In this document: one piece after another, positions 22,043-33,874 of the stretch
How positions within the stretch are numbered: the stretch's first letter is position 1
Layout: each line of letters opens with the position of its first letter
Translations under genes and position numbers: made by a program
Notes under the pieces: model-generated
Databases searched by the model: none
What the model saw: only the letters and a program-made list of their open reading frames with translations
What the model was told of the DNA's origin: nothing
NCBI GenBank assembly: GCA_052279835.1
Contig: CP181291.1
Span: 1,664,001 to 1,728,000 of the forward strand
Source of the DNA: Microcoleus sp.
GTDB lineage: Bacteria; Cyanobacteriota; Cyanobacteriia; Cyanobacteriales; Microcoleaceae
Reading direction: 5' to 3'
Length of the DNA: 64,000 nucleotides

Positions 22043-22095
22043 TTTAGTAACGAACCGCGAAGGCGCTAAGGACACGAAGTGAAGAGGAAAGAAGG

Positions 22096-22863
22096 ATGTT
22101 ACAAGATTTTTGGAATTCGACGCTTTATGAGGGAAATCATGGTTTTGTTTGGCAATACGGGGAATCGCTTTTGAAATTACTCGCTCCCAAGGCTGGTGAA
22201 CGGATTTTAGATTTAGGTTGCGGTACGGGACAGTTAACTGAAAAGATTGCTGAAAGCGGAGCTTTTGTGCAGGGGATTGATTCATCTTTGTCGATGATTG
22301 CTAAGGCTCGCTCTAATTATCCTCAGCTTGATTTTGCTGTGGCTGATGCTCGTGATTTTGAAGTTTTTGAATCGCTGGATGCTGTTTTTTCTAATGCTGT
22401 TTTGCATTGGGTTAAGGAAGCGGATGCTGTGATTAATTGCGTGGCAAAATCACTGAAGCCGGGTGGGCGTTTTGTGGCTGAGTTTGGGGGTAAGGGCAAT
22501 GTGGGGGCTATAGTTGGGGCAATTTTGAGTGTTTTGTCGGAAATTGGTTGCGAGTCGCCTGCGTCGCTTAATCCTTGGTATTTTCCGAGTGTTGGTGAGT
22601 ATACTGGGCTTTTGGAAACGCAGGGTTTTGAGGTGGGTTATGGGGTTTTGTTCGATCGCCCGACTCTTCTCGAAGGCGGTGATGCTGGTATGCTAAATTG
22701 GATTGAAATGTTTGCTGGCGGGTTTTTTTCTGGGCTATCTGAGGAAGTGCGATCGCACGCAATTCAACAAGTTGAACGGCGTTTGCGATCGACACAGTAT
22801 CGCGATGGTACTTGGATGGCAGATTATCGCCGAATTCGCGTTGTTGCTGTCAAAAATTCCTGA
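22096..22863 (+). CDS. class I SAM-dependent methyltransferase
   Basis: ILDLGCGTG, DAVFSNAVLHW, LKPGGRFVAEFGG. Confidence 0.9.
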   Translation: MLQDFWNSTLYEGNHGFVWQYGESLLKLLAPKAGERILDLGCGTGQLTEKIAESGAFVQGIDSSLSMIAKARSNYPQLDFAVADARDFEVFESLDAVFSNAVLHWVKEADAVINCVAKSLKPGGRFVAEFGGKGNVGAIVGAILSVLSEIGCESPASLNPWYFPSVGEYTGLLETQGFEVGYGVLFDRPTLLEGGDAGMLNWIEMFAGGFFSGLSEEVRSHAIQQVERRLRSTQYRDGTWMADYRRIRVVAVKNS

Positions 22864-22986
22864 GTGTCAATCATAGTGATTAGTGATTTCGATCGGATAT
22901 TGAAATCGCTAATCCTGTAAACACCGGGAGTTAATTTGAGGCTAACAATATGATAAGTTTGTCAGGTAACAGTGATGTTCCTTAAC

Positions 22987-23748
22987 TTAGAAACCCTGAA
23001 CGGAAACAATCCTGCTTTGTAGTTCATTAGGGGTTACATCGTCTACAAAACCTAAAATCGCGTTAGAATTCCTGACTCTGATTAGAGTTCCTGAAACAAC
23101 TCCGCTAATTCCGGTGGCCAAAGCTGGAGGGATAAATGCTTGTACGTTTTGTGGCACATCGAGCTTAACTGTTACTGTCGCATCCTGTAATTGCTCCAAC
23201 ACTATATCATTGACAGTTAAGTTATTCGCTAATCCTATGCGATCGAAATCAGGATCGAAAGTGATTATTGCATCAGTAGAATTGAGATTTGTAGCGGCAG
23301 GATCGATTCCCAGAACGCATAAATTACTGCCAGATTCACAATCTAAGAAGTCTCTGCCCAAGCCGCCAACCAGAGTGTTATTCCCATTTCCGCCCTTTAA
23401 ATAATCATCCCCTCTACCCCCAAATAAAATATCATCGCCTTCGTCTCCCAAAATAAAATCAGCATCTAGACCACCACTGAGGCAGTCATTTCCATCAGCT
23501 CCAAACAGGGCATCTCTTCCTTTTCCCCCAAATAAAGAATCGTTCCCTGCAAAACCTCTGAGAATATCTTCTCCTTCATTTCCCAGGATTAACTCGCTAA
23601 CCCCTGAGCCATTTACTGTATCGTCGCCGTCGAGGGCCCAAGCTCCTAAAGGGAAATTGGTTAGATCTGCTGGAAAAAGTTGAATTCCTTCGGAGGTGTT
23701 GTCGCCAATTAAGCGTAATGTCCCTGACGCATCCGGTTTTAAAGCCAT
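22987..23748 (-). CDS. RTX-type calcium-binding repeat protein (probable start 23748)
   Basis: Repeated GGxGxDxL nonapeptides. Confidence 0.85.
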   Translation of the reverse strand: MALKPDASGTLRLIGDNTSEGIQLFPADLTNFPLGAWALDGDDTVNGSGVSELILGNEGEDILRGFAGNDSLFGGKGRDALFGADGNDCLSGGLDADFILGDEGDDILFGGRGDDYLKGGNGNNTLVGGLGRDFLDCESGSNLCVLGIDPAATNLNSTDAIITFDPDFDRIGLANNLTVNDIVLEQLQDATVTVKLDVPQNVQAFIPPALATGISGVVSGTLIRVRNSNAILGFVDDVTPNELQSRIVSVQGF

Positions 23749-23824
23749 AGCTAAAATCTTTGTATGTTGGTAGATTGCTAACCCTACTAATTGAGCCAAT
23801 ACTGGCTCAAAAGTTGGCGCTAAT

Positions 23825-24703
23825 TCAATTAGAACCGCATTCAATATAACTCGAAACGGTATTTTCCAAAAGCATCGCCACAGTCATCGGCCCGATTCCT
23901 CCCGGCACTGGTGTGATAAATTCCGCTACTGTTTTAACAGCATCAAAGTCCACATCTCCGGCCAATCGGCTAGTACCGTCTGGATTGACAACGCGGTTGA
24001 TACCGACATCGATGACTACAGCCCCTGGTTTGACCATGTTAGCTGTAATCATTTCTGTGCGGCCGACGGCGGCGATTAAGATATCGGCTTGGCTGGTGAT
24101 GGATTCTAGGTTTTGGGTCCGCGAATGAGCTACTGTCACTGTACAATCGGCTTCTAGTAGCATTAGCGCCATCGGTTTACCTACTAAAATACTCCGCCCC
24201 AAAACTACGGCATTTTTTCCTTTTAAATCTATCTGGTATTCTTGCAACAGTCGCATGACTCCGGCGGGAGTACAACTGCGTAAACCTTTTTCTCCCCGTA
24301 CCAGGCTGCCTAAATTTACAGGGTGGAGTCCGTCTGCATCTTTGGCGGGGGCAATTTGGTAAAGTAGGGAAATTGCGTCTAGGTGCTCTGGAAGTGGGAG
24401 TTGTACTAAAATCCCGTCTACTCGATCGTCCTGGTTGAGTGCATGAATTGCAAGTTCGAGTTCGCCTTGAGTTGCATTTGCGGGATAATGCTGACCAAAG
24501 GAAGCTATGCCAACTTTAGCGCAGGCTCGTTCTTTGTTTCGCACGTAAGCTGCGCTGGCTGGGTTGTCGCCCACCATCAGTACCGCAAGTCCCGGAGGAC
24601 GCCCAATCTGGGTTTGTAGGGAACTAACTCGATCGCTCAGCTCGCTTTGAATCTTTGTTGCTAAAGCTTTGCCATCTAGTATTTGAGCAGTTTTGGCTTC
24701 CAT
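23825..24703 (-). CDS. folD: bifunctional methylene-THF dehydrogenase/cyclohydrolase
   Basis: [43 protein letters not shown]. Confidence 0.97.
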   Translation of the reverse strand: MEAKTAQILDGKALATKIQSELSDRVSSLQTQIGRPPGLAVLMVGDNPASAAYVRNKERACAKVGIASFGQHYPANATQGELELAIHALNQDDRVDGILVQLPLPEHLDAISLLYQIAPAKDADGLHPVNLGSLVRGEKGLRSCTPAGVMRLLQEYQIDLKGKNAVVLGRSILVGKPMALMLLEADCTVTVAHSRTQNLESITSQADILIAAVGRTEMITANMVKPGAVVIDVGINRVVNPDGTSRLAGDVDFDAVKTVAEFITPVPGGIGPMTVAMLLENTVSSYIECGSN

Positions 24704-24849
24704 TGTAGGCTGTGGGTTAGGGGCTGACGATTTTAGATTTTAGCTTAACCGTCGCCAAGGACTATAATGTCGAAGTTGCTTAGTTTCGATCGATTCTCAG
24801 GATTCTGGTTAAAGTTGAGTCGTATCTCACATTTCAAATCATTTGAAAG

Positions 24850-25275
24850 ATGACTAATGCAATCAAGGAAGTTGGCCTTCAAAAGTTGTCCATGGGTTGT
24901 TTATTCCTCGTGCTCACTAGCGGTTTACTAAGTTGTGCAAATTTGCCGGTGTCTAAATTTAATTTTGGTTTTAATGTATCTAAAATTAGTGATATTCAAG
25001 AAAAACGGCAAGTGGATACGGAGGTTTATCTCCAGGGAAAGGTGGAAAATCGCGCTCCGTTTGTGGGGAATGCTGCTTATCAACTTCAAGATGCTAGTGG
25101 TAGTATTTGGGTTTTAACTAAGCAGGCTTTGCCACAGCTAGGAGATGAAATTATGCTCAAGGGGCAAGTTCGCTATAAAAGTATTAAGCTGAAGGGTTTG
25201 GCTGAAGATTTAGGTGAGGTTTATATTGAGGAAGTTCAACTGCTTAAACGTAAACCAATAACTAATAACCAATAA
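24850..25275 (+). CDS. hypothetical lipoprotein with OB-fold-like domain
   Basis: LLSC lipobox; VYLQGKV...YQLQDASGSIWV. Confidence 0.7.
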   Translation: MTNAIKEVGLQKLSMGCLFLVLTSGLLSCANLPVSKFNFGFNVSKISDIQEKRQVDTEVYLQGKVENRAPFVGNAAYQLQDASGSIWVLTKQALPQLGDEIMLKGQVRYKSIKLKGLAEDLGEVYIEEVQLLKRKPITNNQ

Positions 25276-25278
25276 CTA

Positions 25279-25722
25279 ATGACTAAAATTCACGTTGCGA
25301 TCGCTATTTTGTACCGAGAGGGCAAGTTTCTGTGCCAGTTGCGGGATGATGTGCCTCATATTAGATATCCCGGACATTGGGCTTTGTTTGGTGGCCATAT
25401 GGAACCGGAAGAAACGCCTGAAGTTGCTGTCCTACGGGAATTGAAGGAGGAAATTAGTTATGCTCCTCCCAGTGTTTCTTTTTTTTGTGGGGATGTAGAA
25501 GGAGATGTTATGCGCCATGTTTTTCATGCACCACTTGATGTCGGTGTCAATGATTTAGTTTTGCTTGAGGGTTGGGATCTAAAGTTGTTGACACCGGAGG
25601 AGATTCGGGCTGGAAAATGCTTTTCCCAGCAGTCAGGAGATGTGCGACCTTTTGGTGTTGCTCACCAACGTATTTTGTTGAATTTTATAGCAGATTTTGA
25701 AGGAAGAAGTCAGAGGCCATAA
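25279..25722 (+). CDS. NUDIX hydrolase
   Basis: GGHMEPEETPEVAVLRELKEE Nudix box. Confidence 0.92.
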   Translation: MTKIHVAIAILYREGKFLCQLRDDVPHIRYPGHWALFGGHMEPEETPEVAVLRELKEEISYAPPSVSFFCGDVEGDVMRHVFHAPLDVGVNDLVLLEGWDLKLLTPEEIRAGKCFSQQSGDVRPFGVAHQRILLNFIADFEGRSQRP

Positions 25723-25854
25723 TATAACAAGTTTAAATATAAAAAATAATATCAATTCCGGTTGTATCGGAATGATTAAACCTTACTAGGACACAGAGGA
25801 CACAGAGAAAGAGAAGAGAGAAATAATAATTCCGATGTCAACGGATTTGATATA

Positions 25855-25925
25855 AAAAGCCCGGTTTCTTCACATTTTTATCATTTTAAAATGACAAATT
25901 TAGGTTCAGAAACCGGGGTTTTTCG
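25855..25925. repeat. CCCGGTTTCT...AGAAACCGGG paired inverted-repeat element; related copies near 29330-29395 and 51737-51762
   Basis: Recurrent intergenic inverted repeat. Confidence 0.6.
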
Positions 25926-25940
25926 TAAGTCCTAGTGGAT

Positions 25941-27027
25941 TTACTTCACTTGGGTAGAGCGCCGACTGTTAGGCGATTCGTAATACACTTTAGAGCCTGT
26001 ATCGGAAACAAAATGACAATCCCAATAAGAGCGAATAAAGCTTTTCCAAATTGGCTCGCTTGACTTGCGATAATAATCGCCCAACACTGGCTTGATGGCT
26101 TCGGTTGCTTCCTTCAAGTGATAGTGTGGCATTGTCGAGAAAATATGGTGAGCTACGTGGGTGCCGATGTCGTGATGGATGGGATTGATGATGCCATAAT
26201 CCCGATCGATCGTTGATAAGGCACCTTTCAAGAAGTACCAATCATCTCCACGATACCAGGGGATATCCGGCTCAGTGTGGTGCAGGAATGTTACCAAATC
26301 CAACCACATCACGAAAATTACATAGGGAACCAAGTAGAACTTGAGTAAAAACAGCCAACCAAATTGATAGGTTAACGCACCTAAAAATCCGACCATTATT
26401 ACTAAGGATGCTGTGCTGGTTAATACATCCCATTTTTCGGAAGGACGGAAAATCGGGCTACTGGGCATGAAGTGAGAACCTACCCGATCGGGCGATCGAC
26501 GAAACAGATAAATTGGGTAGGCAAATAACATCAAATAAAAGCGTCCGAGCTTTTCATACCAGGGCATTTGATTGTATTTGCTCTCCGACACTGGATACCA
26601 GCTTTCGTCAGTATCTAAGCTACCTGTATTGGCGTGGTGGGTTCTGTGGCTGATCCGCCAACCGTGGAAGGGTACGAGAATTGGAGCGTGGGAAAGGTGT
26701 CCGATCAGGTTGTTGAGCCATTTGCTCTTGGAGAAGGAACCGTGTCCACAGTCGTGGCCGACTACAAACAATGCCCAAAACATGGTTCCCTGCATTAACC
26801 AGAATATGGGATAAAAGAACCAGGAATCAAGGGTATAGGCGATCGCATATAAGCCTGCGATGATTCCAAGATCCAAGAAGAAGTAAGCAAGGGATTTTCC
26901 AACCGAGGGTTCAAAACAATGGGCTGGAATGGCTGATTTGATATCAGCAAGAGTAAAAGGTAACTCTGTTGTACGAGAGGATGAGCTTTTATCGCTCGGC
27001 TGATTGAGAAACTGTATTTAATTGCAC
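25941..27027 (-). CDS. desB: omega-3 (delta-15) fatty acid desaturase; apparent +1 frameshift near 27009-27011
   Basis: HDCGH, HRTHH, HVAHH boxes; the ELPFTLADIKSAIP N-terminus joins GTG 27027 only if one T of GTTT is removed. Confidence 0.9.
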
Positions 27028-27544
27028 GAAGTTTCCGATTTAAGCTGGCTTGAGAAACCGCATTTCGTTACTTATCAGTCACTTTGGCTCCAAGGAGCCA
27101 TAATTTATACTCAGTAAGGGTTTCTAAAGTTATTTAGTTCGCAGGAAATCATCCGTAGGCGATTCTCCAGCCCAGTGGCTTGGGGAATGCTGGTAGGGGG
27201 AAAATTTGTGCGATCGACCCTGTTATCTGAAAAAATCTCCTGTGCCCGTTGGAAGTGCGAAATGCGACTTCGATCTGAGAGTGAGGTTTTGGAGGGACTA
27301 TCTCCAGTCTGCCAATGGCAGAGCTAAGTTAATTTAACATTTCTACACACAGTCTGGCAATAAATTATGGCAGATGGACTAGGGGAATGGGGAATTGGGA
27401 ATTGGGAATGGGGAATTGGGAATTGGGCTACCCCCCCCTGACCCCCCCCAAGGGTGGAGAGAATGGGGAATGGGGAATTGGGAATTGGGAATGGGGGATG
27501 GGAATTAACACCAATAACCAATAACCAATAACCAATAACTTCTG

Positions 27545-29011
27545 CTAAGTTGCAGCTTTTTCTAAAATTAGCTTCGCTCGTTTAATCAATTCTGGAACCT
27601 CGATCGGATAATCGCCCGTAAAACACGCAGAACAGAAACTGTTCGTATCTTCATTAGTGGCCTTGAGCATTCCTTCCCAACTCAAGAAAGCCAAAGAGTC
27701 TACCTCAATTTGAGCGGCGATTTCAGAGACAGACTTAGTAGCAGCAATCAACTGATCTTGATTGTCGGTGTCAATGCCGTAGAAACAAGGATGAGTCACA
27801 GGTGGCGAAGAAATTCTCATGTGAACTGCGGTGGCACCAGCATCCCGCAAGGCTTTGACAATTTTGCGACTGGTAGTGCCACGGACGATGGAATCATCGA
27901 TAATGATCACCCGTTTTCCTTCCAACACATCTCGCAGAGGGTTTAGTTTCATGCGGATTCCTGACTCCCGCATGGTTTGAGTAGGCTGAATAAAAGTGCG
28001 TCCGACGTAGCGATTTTTAATCAATCCTTCCGCGTAGGGAATGCCGGAAGCTTGAGAAAAACCGATCGCCGCTGGGATTCCAGAATCAGGAACGCCGATG
28101 ACTATATCAGCATCTGCCGGAGATTCGGCGGCTAATAAACGCCCGATTCGTAGGCGATAGCTGTACAAACTTTCACCTTCCATCATGCTATCGGGTCGAG
28201 CAAAATAGATCATTTCAAAGATGCAAAGTTTGCGTTTTTGTTGCTGACTCCAGTGAAAGGAAGCCATACCTTCCTCTGTGATCCAAACTAATTCTCCCGG
28301 TTCTACGTCGCGCAAAAATTCCGCACCGATAATATCTAATCCGCAAGTTTCCGATGCCAAAACATACCGTACCGGATTTGTCGGAAGTGTGCCAATTACC
28401 AAGGGGCGCACTCCGTGGGGGTCGCGGACACCCATGACACCTTTGGGGGTGGCGATGGTCAAACTAAAGGCTCCTTGGCACATCCCAAAGGCACTGATGG
28501 CTGCTTCGAGCCAATCTTTACCCTTGTCTACCTCGGAACCGATCGCCACGGCGATCGCCTCTGAATCCGTCGTGCTCACAAACTCGCAGTTCCGAGACAG
28601 CAATTCTTCCCGCAATTCTTTGGTATTGACAAGATTCCCGTTATGTGCTAGAGCCAGACTTCCCAAACGAGTTTCGACGACCACAGGTTGAGCGTTGACA
28701 ACCCGCGACGAGCCAGTAGTAGAGTAGCGAGTATGACCTACGGCTAAATTACCGGGCAAGTGACCTAAGTTAGATTCATTGAACACTTGGGAAACCAGTC
28801 CCATGTCTTTGTGGAGGTATACTCGATCGCCATCAAAGGTGGCAATGCCTGCGGATTCCTGGCCTCGGTGCTGCAACGCATACAAACCAAAATAGGTCAA
28901 CTTGGCGACATCTTCACCAGGTGCGTAGATACCGAAAACGCCGCAAGCTTCCTCGGGCTTGTCAGGTTTGCTAGAATGCTCGTCAGCCGCGAAGGAATGG
29001 TTGGGAATCAT
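27545..29011 (-). CDS. purF: amidophosphoribosyltransferase
   Basis: EEACGVFG, QHRGQESAGI, HNGNLVN, IIDDSIVRGTTS. Confidence 0.98.
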   Translation of the reverse strand: MIPNHSFAADEHSSKPDKPEEACGVFGIYAPGEDVAKLTYFGLYALQHRGQESAGIATFDGDRVYLHKDMGLVSQVFNESNLGHLPGNLAVGHTRYSTTGSSRVVNAQPVVVETRLGSLALAHNGNLVNTKELREELLSRNCEFVSTTDSEAIAVAIGSEVDKGKDWLEAAISAFGMCQGAFSLTIATPKGVMGVRDPHGVRPLVIGTLPTNPVRYVLASETCGLDIIGAEFLRDVEPGELVWITEEGMASFHWSQQQKRKLCIFEMIYFARPDSMMEGESLYSYRLRIGRLLAAESPADADIVIGVPDSGIPAAIGFSQASGIPYAEGLIKNRYVGRTFIQPTQTMRESGIRMKLNPLRDVLEGKRVIIIDDSIVRGTTSRKIVKALRDAGATAVHMRISSPPVTHPCFYGIDTDNQDQLIAATKSVSEIAAQIEVDSLAFLSWEGMLKATNEDTNSFCSACFTGDYPIEVPELIKRAKLILEKAAT

Positions 29012-29450
29012 AGATGGGTTGGCTCCTAATGGGAACGATGGATTAGCGGGACTATTTGTGCGGGAAGTTTTGTTTGCGAAACCGTCGCATAACTTAACAA
29101 TTCCTTAATATTGGCACGGATCGAACATTAATTTCAATTTTTTTGGCATTCTAGCAGCCACGGTGAGAGATTGAAAGGGATGGTAGTATCGATCGCCTAT
29201 ATCTTTAGATGTTATGGGAAATTACCGGAGAGCGATGGGGCGATCGCCCCCCGGTAACATCGGATACCCGCCCTCAACGACTTACGAAGCTAGTTCAGCA
29301 ATAGAATCAAAAAAAGAGGATTTAGGCAAAAAACCCGGTTTCTTCCACAAATATTCCCTTTTTCCATAGATGTTGATGGAGAAACCGGGTTTTTGGTCCC
29401 CGTGGGTATGTCCTGAGAAAGCCAGAAAGTGAGCATTAGCCGCCCTAAAA

Positions 29451-30863
29451 TTAGTTTTGATTAGCTAAAGAAGTCGGGGCGATCGCACTTGGTTCAACCT
29501 GTTGTTTCGATGCAGCTAACTTATCCAAAATCTCCACAACTTCTCTTTCAAAAGTCACCTGAGCCCGATTAGTCCGGCCACCAACATAAAGTTTGCCCTC
29601 TGTTTCCAAAGCCCAAATCTGGGAGTGAGACAGATAGCTCATCAGCACGCTCAACATCAGCAACCCAAAGCCAGTATAAACAATCGGAATTCCCGGATCG
29701 GCTTTAATTTGTAATCCCGTGCTACCAACAACTTCAGCAATTGTCAGCATCACTCCATTAACTTCTATAGCACTACCAGCGCGAACAGTAGTTAACAACT
29801 TGCCATCCATACCATAAACTAACATAGTTCCTTGCAAGTCTTTAGCTAACAGAGAAACACCAGCACTCAAATCAGGTTTAGTAGGAATCCAAGCGCCCCA
29901 AATCCGGCCTTTACCTTGAGTATCTAACTGAGCCATTGGTAGTTGCAAAACCGGGCTTTTGTTGAGGCGAACCCGCACAGCAGCGATCGACCAATCTGCT
30001 TGATAAAAAGTCACTCCTCGGTATCTCAGAGGCTTGTTAACATGAATAGTTTGGCGATCGACCTCTTGGCCTGCTTTATCCAAAACTGATAAGTCTGAAT
30101 AAAACTGGTCGATCGCACCGCTAGGAGTATAATCGATCCAGAACCGATTGACACGCATCGACCAATCCTTCGGTATTTGCGGCCCCGCCCAAGGTCCCGT
30201 ATCCGTGATATTCTGCACCTGAAAATTTTCACCACTCGGAACCATTTCTTGAGCCATAAAACCAGTCATCGTACCCCAAATCGCCCCAGCTAAAATAATC
30301 AGCATACTGGCGTGAACAATAATCGGGCCGATTTTACCAATTATGCCCTTACGAGCATAAACTTTCTCTCCTTCTCGAAACACCAGATATTTTTTTTTCT
30401 GCAAAAGTTCTTCTAAACAAGTTAAAGAACCAGTTCCCAACTCCGCACTCAGGGCTAATTTTTCAAACTGCTTCGGTTCTTCATAAAACTTCCACCGACG
30501 GGCGGCTTTGAGCGCCGGAAACTGTCGAGTAAAAGTACAAGCCGTCAAGCTGCTTCCGAACAAAATAAGGATTGACAAAAACCACCAAGTGCGGTATACA
30601 TGATCTAATCCTGCAATTAGTAAAACTTTCCAAGTCAGGAATCCAAAAAGAGCCGGGTGTTCTGGATAATTCGACTGATAAAAAGCCACAGATTGACCTT
30701 GCTCGACCACGGTACCAGAAATACTAAAAAAGGCAATCGCCAACAGCAAAATAATTGCCAACCGCAAATCAGCCAGCACCGGCAAAACTTCTCGCTTAAA
30801 AAACCTTTGAGGAGCAGTCGCCCATTCGGATAACTTAGATAGAAATAATTCTTTAGATGTCAT
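29451..30863 (-). CDS. ccs1: cytochrome c biogenesis protein Ccs1/ResB
   Basis: [40 protein letters not shown]. Confidence 0.92.
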   Translation of the reverse strand: MTSKELFLSKLSEWATAPQRFFKREVLPVLADLRLAIILLLAIAFFSISGTVVEQGQSVAFYQSNYPEHPALFGFLTWKVLLIAGLDHVYRTWWFLSILILFGSSLTACTFTRQFPALKAARRWKFYEEPKQFEKLALSAELGTGSLTCLEELLQKKKYLVFREGEKVYARKGIIGKIGPIIVHASMLIILAGAIWGTMTGFMAQEMVPSGENFQVQNITDTGPWAGPQIPKDWSMRVNRFWIDYTPSGAIDQFYSDLSVLDKAGQEVDRQTIHVNKPLRYRGVTFYQADWSIAAVRVRLNKSPVLQLPMAQLDTQGKGRIWGAWIPTKPDLSAGVSLLAKDLQGTMLVYGMDGKLLTTVRAGSAIEVNGVMLTIAEVVGSTGLQIKADPGIPIVYTGFGLLMLSVLMSYLSHSQIWALETEGKLYVGGRTNRAQVTFEREVVEILDKLAASKQQVEPSAIAPTSLANQN

Positions 30864-31075
30864 TGGTAATTGGTAATAGGTAATTTTTAGCTAACGCACC
30901 TCAACTACTTGAGAACCGCTAGATCATGTTGCTCAGACAACTCTATCAACTTAGACTCCCTTCTCTTTCCTTTCTTCCTTCGTGTTCTTCGCGCCTTCGC
31001 GGTTCGTAAAAAAATCACCAACACCGTCGCGATCGGTATATGTTGAAACCCTAGGTTAAGTCCTGACTACAAAAC

Positions 31076-31807
31076 TCAAGCAGGAAGTAAGCGAGAAAGC
31101 AGAGAAAAAACGCCAAATCCTACCAACAAAATACCACTAACAGGCGTAATCCAACTAGACCAACGGCGCAATTCCAACAACTTTTTAATACTCGCAGTAA
31201 AAGTCCCTGCTATAATCAAAGGAGCCACATAGCCCGCAGCATAAAACAGTAACAAAACACCACCTAAAAACGTATCTCCAGTCTTGGAAACCCAAGCTAA
31301 GAGGGTAGCCAAAACAGGAGTGCTGCACGGAGAGGCCACCAAACCAAAACTTAAGCCCAATAAGTACGATCGCACTCCAGCGGGCAAATTCTTCGGAACC
31401 AAAGCCACAGCGTCAAAAGAGGGCATTTGCAAAGGTAAAGCTTCCAGTAAATTCAGCCCCATTAAAATAGCAATAATGCTAACCACGATCGGCAAACCTA
31501 TGCCTATTTTGCCATAAACCTGCCCAGCAAAGGAAGCTAAAATACCCAAACCAGCAAGAGTTGTCGCCAATCCAAGGGAAAACCAAGCCGACTGAGTAGC
31601 AGCTTGGAGACGACTTTTGGCTTCGTAGCCGCCGATATAGCCGATGGTAATCGGCAACATGGAAAGCATACAGGGAGTTAAGCTCGTTAGCAACCCAGCC
31701 AAAAAGATGACTCCGACGCTAACGAAACTGAGGTGTGTAAGTTGAGAGTTGACTAAAGTATTAGCAAATTGTGCTAGTTCGTAAATTTTGTTTTGCAGGG
31801 TTTCCAT
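31076..31807 (-). CDS. ccdA: cytochrome c biogenesis protein CcdA
   Basis: TSLTPCMLSMLP and ASPCSTPVL cysteine motifs. Confidence 0.93.
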   Translation of the reverse strand: METLQNKIYELAQFANTLVNSQLTHLSFVSVGVIFLAGLLTSLTPCMLSMLPITIGYIGGYEAKSRLQAATQSAWFSLGLATTLAGLGILASFAGQVYGKIGIGLPIVVSIIAILMGLNLLEALPLQMPSFDAVALVPKNLPAGVRSYLLGLSFGLVASPCSTPVLATLLAWVSKTGDTFLGGVLLLFYAAGYVAPLIIAGTFTASIKKLLELRRWSSWITPVSGILLVGFGVFSLLSRLLPA

Positions 31808-31969
31808 TACGAGTATTTGGTGCTGTTCTGGCTCTATTTAAAATAGTAACAGATAGGGTGTACTTCGGTTAAAAAATATAAACTTTAGTTAAATTGATTG
31901 ACTACCTAACAGAAAAAAAGTAGACCGCACCCCAAAAAAGTGGCACTGGTAGCTTGGTTATTATCGACA

Positions 31970-32701
31970 TTAATCAAAGGAGCTAGACTTGAAATTAATC
32001 GCCACTTCGTCATTGATAGAACCGTCAGGCATCACCGCCCCCGACAGTAAGACACCTTCGAGATTAGCTCTCGTTAAAACCGCACCTTCTAAATTAGCAT
32101 TACTGAGGTTTGTTAGTTGTTTATAACCTCTGAAAAAGAAGCTTTGCAAGTCCGCACCCGTTAAATTACTGTCAGCCAAATTGGCATATTGTAAATCAGC
32201 GCCATGTAGCGTAGCATCAGTTAAATTAGCTTGGGTGAGATTTGTCCCCCAGAGTCGAGAATCTAAAACATTAGCATTTTTCAAATTTGCCATAGTCAAA
32301 TTTGCTAAAGTCAAATTTGCATCCCACAATCGACTATGATTGAAATTAGCTGCGGTCAAGTTAGCTTTACTGAGGTCTGTGCCAAAAATATCACAATCTG
32401 TTAAGTTTGCACCACTGAGATCGGCATCAGAAAGGTCGGCATTTTTCAAGTTAGCGCCGGACAAATTTGCTCCGCTTAAATTAGCACCGCTGAGGTTAGC
32501 GTCTTGGAGATTAGCACCGCTTAAATCAGCACCGCTTAAATCGCACTGCTTCCACAAAAAGCTGACGCACCAATTATCTTTTTCTATTTGACTAATATCC
32601 TGAGCATTAGCTGCCATCACTGGAGGAGTTAAACAAAGAGTGAATAGGGCGATCGCCCCTATTGTCACCACGATTTTTTTTAACTTCAGAACTATTTTCA
32701 T
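31970..32701 (-). CDS. exported pentapeptide repeat protein
   Basis: Signal peptide plus A(N/D)LSG repeats. Confidence 0.9.
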   Translation of the reverse strand: MKIVLKLKKIVVTIGAIALFTLCLTPPVMAANAQDISQIEKDNWCVSFLWKQCDLSGADLSGANLQDANLSGANLSGANLSGANLKNADLSDADLSGANLTDCDIFGTDLSKANLTAANFNHSRLWDANLTLANLTMANLKNANVLDSRLWGTNLTQANLTDATLHGADLQYANLADSNLTGADLQSFFFRGYKQLTNLSNANLEGAVLTRANLEGVLLSGAVMPDGSINDEVAINFKSSSFD

Positions 32702-33102
32702 TGACACTAAGTTGAGCAATAGATTCTTAATGAATAATTAAATTATAGCAAATAATCCGCAACTTTCATCAGAAATTTTACTGAAAAGTAATTCTGCTGT
32801 TATATCCCCGAATTTTGTAAGCACTAGGATATCTGGGTATTCTGTTGGTTGAGGTGTGTAGATGGATTGCAGCACCCGATCGGACCAATTACCTGCAAAG
32901 GCTAGACTAGATAGTCTCTGGGGGAAATTGCCCTGAGTTGTGATCTGCCTCACTCACTAAGGCCAAATCTCCTCACACAAGTCAATACCCAACCATCACC
33001 GCATCTCATCAATATAATCACCATCCTGACAGTATTAACATCACTGCCTAAAGCTAAAAAAGGGTAGAAAATAAAAGAGTACAGTTAAATCCTCGCTTTC
33101 CT

Positions 33103-33816
33103 ATGCCCACTATCGCCATCCTTCCCAGCAGATTAATTGTCACAAGTATTGTAAATTCGATGGATTTTTTAGGATTAACTAATCTGGCGGACAAATTGTT
33201 GTCTGACTGTACCTCTGATTCGCGAAAGTCAGAAATCTTAAATGCTAAGACTAGAAAATTTTACCTTGATGGTTTGAAAAATTTAGAAGACTGCGACTTG
33301 CACGGTGCGGTAAAAAATTTTAGCTGCGCTATTGAAATAAATCCTGACTTCGCTCCCGCTTATAATGACCGAGGCATAACCCGTTACAAATTAGGTTATA
33401 AAATATTAGCTTTAGAAGATTTAACCACGGCCATTGGTATTAATCCAGAACGAGAGAAGTATTACAACAATCGGGGATTTGTGTTCGCTCGCTTAGAAGA
33501 TTATCCCGCCGCTATCGCCGATTATAGTTTAGCTGTGCTACTTAATCCCTATGCAAGCAAAAGTTACTTCCGACGGGGCACGATCTACTTAAAAATAGAT
33601 GATTGTGTGGTGGCAATGGCAGATTTTGATTCAGCAATTCGCATCGCACCTGATTTTGGTAAAGCTTATTTTAACCGCGGAATAGCTAAATATAAGTTGA
33701 AAGATATTCCCGGAGGATTTGAGGATTTTCAGAAATCAGCAGAGCTGTTTAAGGCTCAGGATAAAATAGAAGATTATCACGAAGCAGTTGCTAAAATTAC
33801 AGAATTATGGTACTAG
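33103..33816 (+). CDS. TPR protein (alternative start 33160)
   Basis: AY.NRG-type TPR repeats. Confidence 0.85.
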   Translation: MPTIAILPSRLIVTSIVNSMDFLGLTNLADKLLSDCTSDSRKSEILNAKTRKFYLDGLKNLEDCDLHGAVKNFSCAIEINPDFAPAYNDRGITRYKLGYKILALEDLTTAIGINPEREKYYNNRGFVFARLEDYPAAIADYSLAVLLNPYASKSYFRRGTIYLKIDDCVVAMADFDSAIRIAPDFGKAYFNRGIAKYKLKDIPGGFEDFQKSAELFKAQDKIEDYHEAVAKITELWY

Positions 33817-33874
33817 ATTTACCTACATCCCCGACTTCTTAAAAAAAGCCGGGGTTCTCAGAGCGATCGCCAAC

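Noticed and set aside
27060..27320. Hairpins upstream of desB as a possible sRNA or riboswitch
   Set aside because: Short stems only; no family I can recognise
31937..31947. 11-nt match (AAAGTGGCACT) to the sequence following the solitary repeat at 55968
   Set aside because: First position mismatched, no ATG PAM; compatible with chance
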